The notes below the pieces were generated by a model, which saw only the letters and a list, made by a program, of their open reading frames with translations, was not told the origin of the DNA and searched no databases. Positions 11,901-20,397 of a DNA stretch of 64,000 nt are shown piece after piece (the stretch's first letter is position 1; every line of letters starts with the position of its first letter). The stretch covers positions 147,246 to 211,245 of the forward strand of contig JAIOYZ010000001.1 of the NCBI GenBank assembly GCA_021740845.1, given 5' to 3'. The translations under genes were made by a program, and so were the position numbers. Source of the DNA: Bacteroidia bacterium. Its GTDB lineage: Bacteria > Bacteroidota > Bacteroidia > UKL13-3.

Positions 11901-14567
11901 GTTAATTATTCTGCTGGTAGTACCGTTCAAACTAGAACCTATTCTGGTACCCTCTTAGCTGGTGCGGTAGATACCGTATTGTTTGATACTTCTAGTGGCG
12001 CTTTTGGTGCAAGTCAAAGGTTTGTATATACGGGTGGTGCGGTTACTCTTAAAGCATATACCACAAATCCTAATTTAACAGCAGATCCTCAAACATTAAA
12101 TGATACCACATCAATAAGTTTCTGCTCTGCATTAAATGGGGTTTATACAATCAATCCTAGTGGTTCTGGCTCTAATAATTTCCTAACATTTGCAGATGCC
12201 ATCAATAGATTAAATTGTGGTGGTGTAACCGGAAATGTAACATTCAATGTTGCTTCTGGAACTTATGTTGGTCAAATTGATTTAACAACCATTACTGGAA
12301 CTAGCGATTCGTCGAAAGTTGTTTTTAAATCTGTTACCAACAATCCTGCTGATGTAACTTTAACTTCAAATACTTCCACTACCTTAGAGAATTATACCCT
12401 AAGATTAAAAGGTGTTTCTTATGTAAGTTTTGAAGCGTTTACTATCAAAAATTCTAGCACCACATTTAGTAGGGTAATTTCTATTAACAAACAGTCTACT
12501 AATAATACAAATACCAGCAATGTTACCATTAAGAATTGTATCATAGAAGGATACAATATTAGCAGTACTGCCGATCAGTATGCTGTTATTTATGGTCCAA
12601 ATGGCGATAATGCAACCAATATAAATATCTTAAATAACCAGATTAGATTTGGTTCTTATGGAATTTATTTTGGTGGTCAAAATATCATTAATTTATATTC
12701 TCCTGGTTTGGTAATCGATTCTAATACTATATATCGTCCTTACTATATGGGATTGTATTTATTGAGTAGAAACAATACCAAAATCAGAGGTAATTTCTTA
12801 GATGGTCATCCTTCCTATGGTGCGTATAATTTCTATTTAAGCGGTGCATCCGGTGATTTGGAAATAGTGGGTAATAATATTCAAAGTACTTACGGTACTT
12901 ATGGTATTTATATCGCTACTTGCAATTATTATGGTGAAACTGGTTTGGCAAGAGTGGCAAACAATATTGTTAATATGACAAGTACTGGAACCCAATATGG
13001 AATGTATTTTGCCAATGGCTCTAATTGCTATTTTATTAACAATACCGTTAATTGCGCTTCTACATCTACTTCCACTTATGCCTATTACCTTTCTGGTAAT
13101 ACCACTAGTGCAACGGTTCCACAAATTGTTCAAACCTCTAACATCCGCTTAATAAACAATATCCTTTATTCAAATGCGGGGTATTCTACTTACTATGCTA
13201 ATTTCTATTCGGTTTCTGGTACATCAGAATCCAATAACAATTTGTATTATTCTGGTGGAACCAATTTTGCCTTTGTAAATGGTTTAAGTTATACACCGGC
13301 TTCCTTTATTGCTTCTTATAGAAATTTATTATATGCTGGAAGTGATAGAAGGTCTTTATTAGCTCCTATTACCTTTACATCTTCTTCTAACTTAACTCCA
13401 TTAGTTAGTAGTTCTACCGCTTGGGCTTCCAATGGTAGAGGTGTTCAATCGTTCTTTGTAAATAAAGATATTTTTGGCAATCCAAGAAGCCAAATGGTTA
13501 GCACAGGTGTAACAGATATTGGTGCAGTTGAATTTACTCCAACAAGCAATCCTCCAAGTGCCACTTTAACAGGTTCAATCGGTGGTGGTAATACACAAGA
13601 TATGATTGTGTATGGCGATACCGTAGCTCGTTTAATCTGGGGATACGGTGGTACCTTACCAACTTCTATCAATGCTACCTACCATACCGGTGCTTTAATT
13701 AATGAACCTACAAATGGTGGTAGAAATCCTGGTGCAGAATACATGGATGTATTTTGGAAAATTGCCCCTAATGGTGGTTCTGCCTACAGTTTTGATTTGA
13801 AGTTAAATTTTGATCCTAATATGCTAGGAACCGTTCCTTCTATGTCGGATATCAAAATGGCCGCTCGAGTAACTGGTGTTTCTGGCAGTTGGACCCATTT
13901 TGGTTCTTCAGCTACCTCTGTAGATAGCTTAAATTACAATTTTGAAGTAATTGGCTTAACCGACCTTACTGAGTTTACTGGTACAACCGACTTTGCGCCG
14001 TTGCCTGTTAAATTAACTCGTTTCGAAGCTATTCGCAATAGTAGTGATGCCTTGTTGTATTGGAATACTAGCAGTGAGGTAAATAGTAAAGCGTTTGAAA
14101 TTGAACGTTCTGCCGATGGAAGCAAGTTTGAAAAAATAGGCACCTTAAAAGCAGCTGGTAATTCAAGCAAACTACTTAGCTACCAATTTGAGGATGTTCA
14201 AGCAGCTAACGCATACGCCAACAAAATGGCTTATTACCGATTGAAAATGGTGGATGTAGACGGTAGCTTCGATTACTCAAATGTGAGAGTAGTAGACTTT
14301 AACGACGCTAAAGATGCAGAGATTAAGGTTTTCCCTAATCCATTCTCAGATAAATTAACCATCACCTTAAGTTCTATTTCTTCTGAAAATGTACAAGTTG
14401 AAATTGTAGACCTATTTGGAAAAGTAGTGGCTCAACAATCTCAATCCCTATCAGTTTCAAACCCTGAAGTTTTAGTTCCTTCACTTTCTAAATTAAGTAA
14501 TGGCGTGTATATCATAAGAATTATTTCTGGCTCTGATGTGCATACTAGAAAATTAATTAAAGAATAA
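5970..14567 (+). CDS. Giant T9SS-secreted surface protein/adhesin. It has an N-terminal signal peptide, a GEVED domain, four tandem CARDB/Ig modules each with a right-handed parallel beta-helix, and a type-A T9SS C-terminal sorting domain.
   Basis: 8.6 kb ORF. Signal peptide (RRKSSLFFGIFFSLIFLFISQA) only fits the second ATG at 5970; the first ATG at 5910 would give 2,885 aa. GEVED-like SAEYEDYTLMV. Four divergent about 700-aa repeats start with C(S/T)ALNG.YT.NP and end with DI.G..R...D.G..EF. C-terminal KVFPNPFSD...GVYIIRI sorting motif. Confidence 0.85.
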   Translation: MFGSQISPHSRRKSSLFFGIFFSLIFLFISQAKSQCYAPPNYCTAITAANNANYGMGIQNVTLYTSAIPSQINNNSTAGTGTQIYFDYTSQIVRAGAGDSVYFSVKGGSSNQTIFRIYIDYNNDGTFATTAPELVFTSPNLTVVNTVVNGSFILPTTLTSGPYRVRVASDGQGIIPQPCGPITYSAEYEDYTLMVPSSNPDLISGAITSPSSAIVGNNTVAFNFTNISTTTITSVDVSYQLDNNTPVTQSLSSISILPGATYTATFSTQVALPSTGTFNLRAWTDNPNYLGNNTPGNDTICKNIVTYCSGPLSGTYTINPTGSGTTNYKSFGGIDSAMASCGVSGAVTVNVTPGIYNENLIFTAIPGASATNNITFNGNGSSLLFNCSASDIALVRFQGAKHITIDSLTLKTTNATYGWGVHFYQNSDSNTVKNCIIDISTVTSSTAANSAGVIFSNSLTSPTTTGNTCVGNTIENNYIKGNPTSYGLYYGIVGCPSTSSTTYTGNKFLRNRIENFYIYGIYWSYGNRTVFRGNTITRPSKTLVSTTYAFYLSSASRSDTVDANIITNLFGGAPTSTGTTYLFYGINRSGSSTEPNIFTNNLAYNMNGEGAHYGFYFLTSYNNHLYNNTLLFDNASSASANVTYGLYFTGGTSASSTLNCRNNIFSITRGGAGSKYGIYTNGAWTTGATVNKNAYYGIGANYNMGYYVGTTYSTLANWKTSLTTLDQQSIDYAPNFVNPATGNFSPRDGAYDGAGDNVITIVPRDITGATRSLPMDIGAFEASPIGLDAAMSEVTMPVAPYIAGSKSFSAKIRNAGTTTITSATINWSINGVTQTPVSYTGTLTGGSVSSSISLGTYTIAGNTLYDIQVWVSNPNSSTDPNPDNNQIGGLTAAQVSGILTINSAGSGAGVFTTFKGFTDLISIGGLGGAVTANVTVGSGPYTEQVFLGVVPGASATNTITINGNGETLQFNNVNSGSIGIFNLIGTDYCSLSNLYIKSLNTTYGIGIILSAGATYNTIQNCTINISSISSSSYSAGIAFTASQSNATTAGLNGTNNLIEGNSIIGNSTGGPYYGISYLPTNTSNAANTGNIIRNNEIKDFYYYGIYMSYSAGTIVTGNVISRPTKASPTTFMGIYASNGLAQDTFENNIIKQPFAGLTTTTGTFYGIYFASGNVPAARPVIVRNNQIYDIVSNGAIYGVYKSTTANIRFYNNTIVVDHPSSTSTGLTYLFYSTSTFSTTTVRNNIFYLNRGGSGAKYIYYLNTTGTGYVINNNDVKLYTSGSNNNVGYYGGAFTTFASWQTANSGAFDQNSVTADPYFRLYVGSEFYQPGSDSLNNIGFSTPDVPRDITGALRSSTPDLGVYEFSVPAVDAGLTRVVTPISPLSLGGQNIDVMVKSFGPTALTSTNIGWEMNGVSQTPATWYGYLGNGDSSSFNLAYYSFTNPGFYRIKAWTYAPNGLTDSLNMNDTINVTLCTALNGDYTVNPALPATDTNFVSLKTFLETVQLCGVAGPVKVAVSPGSYNGSIALFAGISGISATNNIEIIGADSATTKIIHDGSGQRATILMSGAKHFTFRNLTIENTAIVGGSGGFGVLFTNAADSNRLVGCNIKVATLTAGYSTFVPVLSTANVLSANTAGNNANYLTIDSCTMIGGYYGVSLYNNSTAKSEGNKIRDSRVLQAYYAGIYSFWQNKIVIHRNKITNTGNNTNTSSFGMYIYQCDNGINVTKNEVTGQLGGYGTYLYQNFGTSTNRNIFANNMIQLGSASYTSYGLYDGGNVYSDIAHNSIHNTSGDASYVSCGLYFNYSNPSTGSNARIVNNVISSPNGAMVIYCPNTASLSTSTMFIDNNSYYSPSTYPFRIVNTIYQALFNYRLAMGAFVPGIDSNSIWVQPSFFSTTNLRSITPQLDSMGYVLPTVTDDIDGNPRSTNAPDAGVNEFFRPGEDAGVIAILQPTLPVAVGSTDVQVVIKNFGLNTITSVDVNYSAGSTVQTRTYSGTLLAGAVDTVLFDTSSGAFGASQRFVYTGGAVTLKAYTTNPNLTADPQTLNDTTSISFCSALNGVYTINPSGSGSNNFLTFADAINRLNCGGVTGNVTFNVASGTYVGQIDLTTITGTSDSSKVVFKSVTNNPADVTLTSNTSTTLENYTLRLKGVSYVSFEAFTIKNSSTTFSRVISINKQSTNNTNTSNVTIKNCIIEGYNISSTADQYAVIYGPNGDNATNINILNNQIRFGSYGIYFGGQNIINLYSPGLVIDSNTIYRPYYMGLYLLSRNNTKIRGNFLDGHPSYGAYNFYLSGASGDLEIVGNNIQSTYGTYGIYIATCNYYGETGLARVANNIVNMTSTGTQYGMYFANGSNCYFINNTVNCASTSTSTYAYYLSGNTTSATVPQIVQTSNIRLINNILYSNAGYSTYYANFYSVSGTSESNNNLYYSGGTNFAFVNGLSYTPASFIASYRNLLYAGSDRRSLLAPITFTSSSNLTPLVSSSTAWASNGRGVQSFFVNKDIFGNPRSQMVSTGVTDIGAVEFTPTSNPPSATLTGSIGGGNTQDMIVYGDTVARLIWGYGGTLPTSINATYHTGALINEPTNGGRNPGAEYMDVFWKIAPNGGSAYSFDLKLNFDPNMLGTVPSMSDIKMAARVTGVSGSWTHFGSSATSVDSLNYNFEVIGLTDLTEFTGTTDFAPLPVKLTRFEAIRNSSDALLYWNTSSEVNSKAFEIERSADGSKFEKIGTLKAAGNSSKLLSYQFEDVQAANAYANKMAYYRLKMVDVDGSFDYSNVRVVDFNDAKDAEIKVFPNPFSDKLTITLSSISSENVQVEIVDLFGKVVAQQSQSLSVSNPEVLVPSLSKLSNGVYIIRIISGSDVHTRKLIKE

Positions 14568-14583
14568 TACTTTTTAAGAATTC

Positions 14584-14618
14584 AAAAGCCCTTCATTTAA
14601 TAAGTGAAGGGCTTTTTT
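14584..14618 (+). terminator. Rho-independent terminator of the giant adhesin gene.
   Basis: GCCCTTCA/TGAAGGGC stem followed by T7. Confidence 0.65.
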
Positions 14619-14710
14619 TATGAACCTAATTCAGCTAGAATTAATTTTTTATTTTGCTTTGTAAAATAATCCCTTACCTTCGCAGCCCCTCAAAAGGGAA
14701 AATCTAAAGG

Positions 14711-14720
14711 AAAGGAGGTG
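14711..14720 (+). promoter_or_regulatory. Strong Shine-Dalgarno (AAAGGAGGTG) 8 nt upstream of the rpsU start, in a genome that otherwise lacks SD sequences.
   Basis: Perfect anti-SD complement. No comparable SD upstream of tuf, rplK, rpoB and other genes in the window. Confidence 0.6.
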
Positions 14721-14728
14721 CACATAAT

Positions 14729-14923
14729 ATGATCCATATCAGCGTTAAAGAAAACGAATCACTAGACAGAGCTCTTAAGAAATTTAAGAAGAAGTTTGAG
14801 AAAACGGGAGTTGTAAAGGAACTTCGTGCGCGTCAAGCATTCACTAAGCCTTGTATCAACAAACGTCATGAGAAAATCCGTGCAGCTTACAAATTGAAGA
14901 TGCAACAAGAAGCTCAAGGATAA
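14729..14923 (+). CDS. rpsU: 30S ribosomal protein S21 (bS21).
   Basis: 64-aa basic protein, MIHISVKENESLDRALKKFKKK..., typical of the S21 family. Confidence 0.85.
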   Translation: MIHISVKENESLDRALKKFKKKFEKTGVVKELRARQAFTKPCINKRHEKIRAAYKLKMQQEAQG

Positions 14924-14940
14924 TTTTTATCCTCTATAGA

Positions 14941-14976
14941 AAAAGCAGTCTGATTTTCAGGCTGCTTTTTTTTTAC
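14941..14976 (+). terminator. Rho-independent terminator after rpsU.
   Basis: AGCAGTCTGA/TCAGGCTGCT stem (one G-U pair) followed by T9. Confidence 0.55.
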
Positions 14977-15033
14977 AATAAAGGGTAGCTTTTAAAATTA
15001 ATTTAGCTATCTTGCTTTTATCAATCCTAGTAT

Positions 15034-15924
15034 ATGCTGTTGCAGGAGGCCGTTCAACAATACCTAACTTATGTGAAGTTTGAAAAGAAACAATCAATGC
15101 ATTCTTTTCAGGCCTATCAAACCGATTTACAGCAAATTCAAGATTACCTTTTAATAAGCTATCAAGTTAAACTCCTAAATGAGTTTAACCATTTGCAAAT
15201 CCGTTCCTGGATTGCCCAATTGATGAATGAAGGCATAAGCTCCAGAAGTATTTCCAGAAAAATTTCTACTCTAAAAAGTTTCTTTAAATTTTGCATTCAG
15301 CAAGATTGGGTAGAAAACAATCCTATGGTTAAAATTCAATTGCCAAAAATCACCAAAAAACTTCCTGTTTTTGTAGAACAGAAAGCAATGGAGAATTTGC
15401 TTGAACCCATTAATTTTGAAGATAATTTAGAGGGGAAACAAAATGAACTAATTCTTCAAATGTATTACGGTACTGGAATGAGACGTGCAGAGTTGATTGG
15501 CCTAAAAGTGGTAAACATCGATTTGTATAAAGGTCAACTTAAGGTAATGGGTAAAAGAAGTAAGGAGAGAATTATTCCAATAACCCGCGAATTGGTAGAT
15601 TTAATTGCCAAATTTCTTGAAATGAAAAAACAAGAGGATATATCTTCAGAAAATTTATTTTCAAGTAAAGACGGAAAGCCCTTGTACCCAGTTAAAGTGC
15701 ATCGTTTGGTTCATCAAAGTTTGTCAAGTGTTACCACCATTCAAAAAAGAAGTTCACATGTCTTACGCCATACCTACGCCACGCACCTTCTTAACAATGG
15801 TGCCGATTTAAATGCCATCAAAGAGTTATTGGGTCATGCCAACCTTTCTGCAACCCAGGTCTACACTCACAACAGCATTGAAAGGTTGAAAGAGGTTTAT
15901 AAAAATAAACACCCAAGGTCTTAA
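15034..15924 (+). CDS. xerC: Tyrosine site-specific recombinase XerC/XerD family.
   Basis: C-terminal catalytic box HVLRHTYATHLL...LGHANLSATQVYTH. The rpsU-xer-hpf neighbourhood is conserved in Bacteroidota. Confidence 0.8.
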   Translation: MLLQEAVQQYLTYVKFEKKQSMHSFQAYQTDLQQIQDYLLISYQVKLLNEFNHLQIRSWIAQLMNEGISSRSISRKISTLKSFFKFCIQQDWVENNPMVKIQLPKITKKLPVFVEQKAMENLLEPINFEDNLEGKQNELILQMYYGTGMRRAELIGLKVVNIDLYKGQLKVMGKRSKERIIPITRELVDLIAKFLEMKKQEDISSENLFSSKDGKPLYPVKVHRLVHQSLSSVTTIQKRSSHVLRHTYATHLLNNGADLNAIKELLGHANLSATQVYTHNSIERLKEVYKNKHPRS

Positions 15925-16006
15925 ATCCTGCTATTATTATATTTATAAGAAACCAAGGATTGTCTGGCAGGTACTTTCCTAGTTTCAAAAGAAAAGAAGA
16001 TAAGTT

Positions 16007-16312
16007 ATGAAGATTGAAATTCAGTCCATTCACTTCAAAGCAGACGTAAAACTGCTAGATTTTATCAAAAAGAAAATTGAGAAAACCCAAACTTTTTTTG
16101 ATGGAGCGCAGTTAGCAGATGTCTACCTCCGCCTCGAGAAAGACAAGGAGAAAGAGAATAAAGTGGTGGAAATTAAAATGAACGTTGCTGGTTATCCAAT
16201 TTTCGCCAAGGAGCAAAGTGCTACATTTGAAACCGCTACCGATTTGGTCTTAGATAAATTAGTTGCCCAAATAAGAAAACAAAAGGAAAAAATTCAAGCC
16301 AAAACCGCTTGA
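16007..16312 (+). CDS. hpf: Ribosome hibernation promoting factor (short HPF/RaiA).
   Basis: 101 aa, MKIEIQSIHF... beta-alpha-beta-beta-beta-alpha YfiA fold signature. Confidence 0.85.
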   Translation: MKIEIQSIHFKADVKLLDFIKKKIEKTQTFFDGAQLADVYLRLEKDKEKENKVVEIKMNVAGYPIFAKEQSATFETATDLVLDKLVAQIRKQKEKIQAKTA

Positions 16313-16320
16313 TAACTAAC

Positions 16321-16354
16321 AAAAAAAGGGATGCATTTTGCATCCCTTTTTTTG
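16321..16354. terminator. Bidirectional terminator between hpf (+) and the M14 peptidase gene (-).
   Basis: A7-GGGATGCA-TTTT-TGCATCCC-T7. Confidence 0.65.
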
Positions 16355-16355
16355 T

Positions 16356-18083
16356 TTATTCTACCCTAAATATGGGTATTCTTTTGTGTTCCTGCTCATA
16401 ATATGGAGAGTGATGGTAAATAAAGCCCAATACCTCATATTTGTCATTTGCCTTTTCGGGATATGTCATTTTCCATCGCTCAAAATCTTGCTTTAATTTG
16501 GGGTCCTTATCCAATAAAGCCAGCGCATCATCTTCAAAAGCATAATCAGAAAAGCCTTCTTTTTCGTTTAAAAAGGCATCAAAAAAGTTCCAATAGGTAA
16601 ACCCATCCTTTGCCTCAGGTACCAATGCCTCCATCAAATACCTAAGCCCCCGTTGATTCGTTGGAATCATCCAATCGCCTTCCCTTAATTCTATTTCTAT
16701 TTTTTTAGTTTTGGTTCGAACCGAATTAGCTACAAAATGACCCTCATATGGAGCTTTTCCATATTGTATTTCTGTAATATATGTAGCCGTAACTTCCATT
16801 TTTTCAGGTAAAGCAGATCGTATATATATAATAGAATTTGCCTTTAATCGCTCAATTACCTTTACATTTTCTTTGGGAACAATAAAGTATTTAGGAATAC
16901 CAACCGATAAGCCAGCAAAACAAGAGTCATAATAGGGAATGGTTTTCTCAAATGGCCTTTTTTTATTGTAATAATGCCTTTGATAATTCCCAAGTTTGCT
17001 TGGAATTTCCTCAAACTCATATCCTTTAAAAACTAAATTTTTATGGCTTTCTCTGCTTACCTGAAAATTGGTTTCGCAAGTACCTAATCCTAAAATCCAT
17101 TTTTGTTGGGCTGTTTTGGTTTGAACTAAAAGGCTTCTTTCTTGAACGCAAAATTTCTGAAATGTTTCAAAAAGACTATATGTTGCTTTTACTCTTTCTG
17201 GATAAGGTTTAAGCATATGGGTTTCTGCCACAAATCCCAATGTGCCAAATAGTGCAGCATAGCCTGTAGAAAACTTTGGACCTTCCACAAAAACCTCAAA
17301 GCCATTTGGATCCGGAGATTGACCAAAAACATTTACATATGGACTCATTTCCCAGCCTTTTTTCTTCATGTCTTTGTATAAAAATGGATTCATTTCATGG
17401 TACATAAATTCCGAAGCTGGTCCACCCAACTTTTGCTTTTGGGTGCTAATTAGAGTCATGGTATATTGGTAATCTGCTCCATTAGAAGTATGAGTATCCA
17501 AAAATACATCGGGTTGCCATTTCTGAAATAACTCATAAAATGCAAAGGTGTTTTTCGAATCTGCTTTTATAAAATCTCGGTTCAAGTCGTAATTGCCTGC
17601 ACTTGCTCTAAAACCTTTTTCTAATGGGCCATTTTGGTTGGCTCTTGTAAAGGTTTTTCTATTTTTCATCCCATCCACATTATAGGCTGGAATTACTAAA
17701 ATGGTAACACTATCAGGGATAAGTTTGGGATTGTTTGCCAAGGCTTGTAAATACAAAATAGAGGCGTCAATTCCTTCACTTTCACCTGGGTGAATACCAT
17801 TCATTATCAGCCAAACTACATTCCTTTTTTCTCCAATTTCGTTTGGTTCAAACCGCTTTTTCTTATTAACTACCAATACATGTAAGAGATTACCCTGATC
17901 TGAAAGTCCAATTTTTTGAAGCTGCATAAATTCACTCATCGAATCAATTTGTTGGTAGCTTCTTACCATTTCCTCATAGGTAGGTGTTTGGTTGCTATTA
18001 AATTTAAGTTTTGGCGATTGCGCAAAATTTAAAGTAGGTTTAAGTAGTATAAGAAGGAGGAGGGAAGCAAATTTTCTTGTCAT
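16356..18083 (-). CDS. Secreted M14-family zinc carboxypeptidase.
   Basis: Signal peptide; GIHPGESEG zinc-binding motif characteristic of M14. Confidence 0.8.
   Translation of the reverse strand: MTRKFASLLLLILLKPTLNFAQSPKLKFNSNQTPTYEEMVRSYQQIDSMSEFMQLQKIGLSDQGNLLHVLVVNKKKRFEPNEIGEKRNVVWLIMNGIHPGESEGIDASILYLQALANNPKLIPDSVTILVIPAYNVDGMKNRKTFTRANQNGPLEKGFRASAGNYDLNRDFIKADSKNTFAFYELFQKWQPDVFLDTHTSNGADYQYTMTLISTQKQKLGGPASEFMYHEMNPFLYKDMKKKGWEMSPYVNVFGQSPDPNGFEVFVEGPKFSTGYAALFGTLGFVAETHMLKPYPERVKATYSLFETFQKFCVQERSLLVQTKTAQQKWILGLGTCETNFQVSRESHKNLVFKGYEFEEIPSKLGNYQRHYYNKKRPFEKTIPYYDSCFAGLSVGIPKYFIVPKENVKVIERLKANSIIYIRSALPEKMEVTATYITEIQYGKAPYEGHFVANSVRTKTKKIEIELREGDWMIPTNQRGLRYLMEALVPEAKDGFTYWNFFDAFLNEKEGFSDYAFEDDALALLDKDPKLKQDFERWKMTYPEKANDKYEVLGFIYHHSPYYEQEHKRIPIFRVE
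17845..17854 (+). repeat. GGTTCAAACC motif copy (in M14 peptidase CDS, minus strand, encoding RFEPN).
   Basis: Exact 10-mer. Confidence 0.9.
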
Positions 18084-18154
18084 TTTATAAAATGTGTTGC
18101 TGATTTTGCTGGCAATTTGGGTGAAATTTTCGAGAAATAAAGCAATAATATTTC

Positions 18155-18164
18155 GGTTTGAACC
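18155..18164 (-). repeat. GGTTCAAACC motif copy (intergenic, reverse orientation).
   Basis: Exact 10-mer read as GGTTTGAACC on the plus strand. Confidence 0.9.
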
Positions 18165-18279
18165 AAATTTTTTATGGGTGTGAGCATAAGGTTCTACTAT
18201 AAAAGTTCACTTCCTTTAAGAATTAAGTAACTGATTGGCAGCTAAAATTCAGAAATTATAACTAAGCGAAGGTTAAAAA

Positions 18280-18310
18280 TTTGCAAATTTGGAAGAAGGC
18301 TTTACTTTTG
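18280..18310 (+). promoter_or_regulatory. Candidate Bacteroidota sigma-A promoter (-33 TTTG, 19-nt spacer, -7 TACTTTTG) for the tRNA-tuf transcription unit.
   Basis: Matches the TTTG-N19-21-TAnnTTTG consensus about 220 nt upstream of tRNA-Thr. Confidence 0.3.
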
Positions 18311-18532
18311 CCGGACTGTTACGCTTCAACGTTCTCTTTAAATTTTTTTTTGCTTCCTACTTGTAAACATCCCGCAAAACACTACATTTGCAGTCCTTTT
18401 GAAAAAGAAAGGTGAAATGTAAAAATGTTCTTTGCAGGTTAAGTTTCAGATAAATAGCTAATTAGCTTTTATGTGGGATTAAAAATAGACATAAACGTCA
18501 AAGGAATTTCTCAGGGTAACCTGAAAATAGAT

Positions 18533-18605
18533 GCCACTTTAGCTCAGCTGGTAGAGCAACTGATTTGTAATCAGTAGGTCGCTGGTTCGATTCCGGCAAG
18601 TGGCT
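18533..18605 (+). tRNA. tRNA-Thr (anticodon TGT). CCA is encoded at 18606..18608.
   Basis: Cloverleaf folded by hand: acceptor GCCACTT/AAGTGGC, anticodon loop TTTGTAA. Confidence 0.9.
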
Positions 18606-18634
18606 CCACTTCAAGTCCAATGGATTTGAGTGAT

Positions 18635-18715
18635 GGGGAGATTCCAGAGCGGCCAAATGGGACGGACTGTAAATCCGTTGCGAGAGCTTCGAAGGTTCGA
18701 ATCCTTCTCTCCCCA
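18635..18715 (+). tRNA. tRNA-Tyr (anticodon GTA), long variable arm.
   Basis: Acceptor GGGGAGA/TCTCCCC, anticodon loop CTGTAAA. Confidence 0.9.
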
Positions 18716-18805
18716 CATTCATCCGCTAGAGCCTAACTTATGGCGGATAGTTTGGGCGTTTATGTCAAAAAAAAATTTATTATGTGTGAACATAATCAAT
18801 AAAAA

Positions 18806-18878
18806 GCGAGAGTAGCTCAGTTGGTAGAGCGACAGCCTTCCAAGCTGTAGGTCGCGGGTTCGAGCCTCGTCTCTCGCT
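18806..18878 (+). tRNA. tRNA-Gly (anticodon TCC).
   Basis: Acceptor GCGAGAG/CTCTCGC, anticodon loop CTTCCAA. Confidence 0.9.
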
Positions 18879-18958
18879 CATTTAGGTGAGCAAGTAACAG
18901 ATTTCCAAATCTTTTATTTAACCATCAATTAGCAATTCATTGTAAAATGAATTGCTAA

Positions 18959-19030
<72 letters not shown>

Positions 19031-19068
19031 CAAAAAACGAAAAACATAAACTTAAAATACAAAACACA

Positions 19069-20256
19069 ATGGCTAAAGAAAAATTTGACCGCAGTAAACC
19101 TCACGTTAACATCGGTACAATCGGTCACGTTGACCACGGTAAAACAACCTTAACAGCTGCTATTACTAAAGTATTATCAGATGCAGGTCTTTCAGAAGCG
19201 CGTTCATTCGAATCGATTGACTCAGCTCCTGAAGAAAAAGAACGCGGTATTACTATTAATACTGCTCACGTTGAGTATTCAACTGCTAACCGTCACTACG
19301 CTCACGTTGACTGTCCTGGTCACGCGGATTACGTAAAGAACATGGTTACTGGTGCTGCTCAAATGGACGGTGCAATTCTTGTAGTTGCTTCTACAGATGG
19401 TCCTATGCCTCAAACTCGCGAGCATATCCTTTTGGCTCGTCAGGTAGGTGTACCTAGAATCGTAGTTTTCATGAACAAGGTTGACATGGTAGATGATCCT
19501 GAATTGTTAGAGATCGTTGAAATGGAAATCCGTGATTTGTTGAACAAATATGAATTCCCTGGTGACGAAATTCCAATTATTCAAGGTTCTGCTTTGGGTG
19601 GTTTGAACGGAGATGCTAAATGGGTTGCTAAAATTATGGAATTGATGGATGCTGTAGATAGCTATATCCCAGTTCCTCCTCGTGCAACTGAACTTCCTTT
19701 CTTGATGCCAATTGAAGACGTATTCTCGATCACTGGTCGTGGAACTGTTGCAACTGGTCGTATCGAGCGTGGAATTATCAACTCTTCAGAAAGTGTAGAT
19801 ATTATCGGTTTAGGTGCAGAAAAATTAACTTCAGTAGTAACTGGTGTTGAAATGTTCCGTAAAATCCTTGATAGAGGAGAAGCTGGTGATAACGTAGGTT
19901 TATTGTTACGTGGTGTTGATAAAAACCAAATCCGTAGAGGTATGGTTATTTGCAAGCCAGGTTCAGTATTGCCTCACACTAAATTCAAAGCTGAAATTTA
20001 CGTATTGAGCAAAGAAGAAGGTGGACGTCATACTCCATTCTTTAACAAATATCGCCCTCAGTTCTATTTCCGTACCACAGACGTAACTGGCGAGTGCCAA
20101 TTAGCTGAAGGTGTTGAAATGGTAATGCCTGGTGATAACGTAACTATCACAGTTCAATTGATCGCTCCAATCGCTATGGAAAAGAACTTACGTTTCGCTA
20201 TCCGTGAAGGTGGTAGAACTGTAGGTGCTGGTCAGGTAACTGAAATTTTAGAATAA
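19069..20256 (+). CDS. tuf: Elongation factor Tu.
   Basis: [27 protein letters not shown]...; the ORF-track N-terminal extension runs through tRNA-Thr and is spurious. Confidence 0.97.
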   Translation: MAKEKFDRSKPHVNIGTIGHVDHGKTTLTAAITKVLSDAGLSEARSFESIDSAPEEKERGITINTAHVEYSTANRHYAHVDCPGHADYVKNMVTGAAQMDGAILVVASTDGPMPQTREHILLARQVGVPRIVVFMNKVDMVDDPELLEIVEMEIRDLLNKYEFPGDEIPIIQGSALGGLNGDAKWVAKIMELMDAVDSYIPVPPRATELPFLMPIEDVFSITGRGTVATGRIERGIINSSESVDIIGLGAEKLTSVVTGVEMFRKILDRGEAGDNVGLLLRGVDKNQIRRGMVICKPGSVLPHTKFKAEIYVLSKEEGGRHTPFFNKYRPQFYFRTTDVTGECQLAEGVEMVMPGDNVTITVQLIAPIAMEKNLRFAIREGGRTVGAGQVTEILE

Positions 20257-20274
20257 TTAAAATTCAATAATTTT

Positions 20275-20304
20275 AAATGTTGGCTAGGTAACTAGCCAAC
20301 ATTT
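20275..20304 (+). terminator. Perfect 13-bp hairpin after tuf without a U-tract. Likely a partial terminator or processing site before tRNA-Trp-secE-nusG.
   Basis: AAATGTTGGCTAG-GTAA-CTAGCCAACATTT. Confidence 0.4.
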
Positions 20305-20313
20305 ATTGTCTAT

Positions 20314-20387
20314 ACGGGAATAGTTCAATGGTAGAATGTCGGTCTCCAAAACCGCTGATCAGGGTTCGAATCCTTGTTCCCGTGCCA
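20314..20387 (+). tRNA. tRNA-Trp (anticodon CCA), CCA encoded.
   Basis: Acceptor ACGGGAA/TTCCCGT, anticodon loop CTCCAAA. Confidence 0.85.
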
Positions 20388-20397
20388 AATAAAGAAT

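Noticed and set aside
18498-18815. ORFs 18498..18722 (-) and 18630..18815 (+) in the ORF track
   Set aside because: They lie entirely over the tRNA-Thr/Tyr/Gly genes and their spacers. The amino-acid sequences are just translations of tRNA stems.
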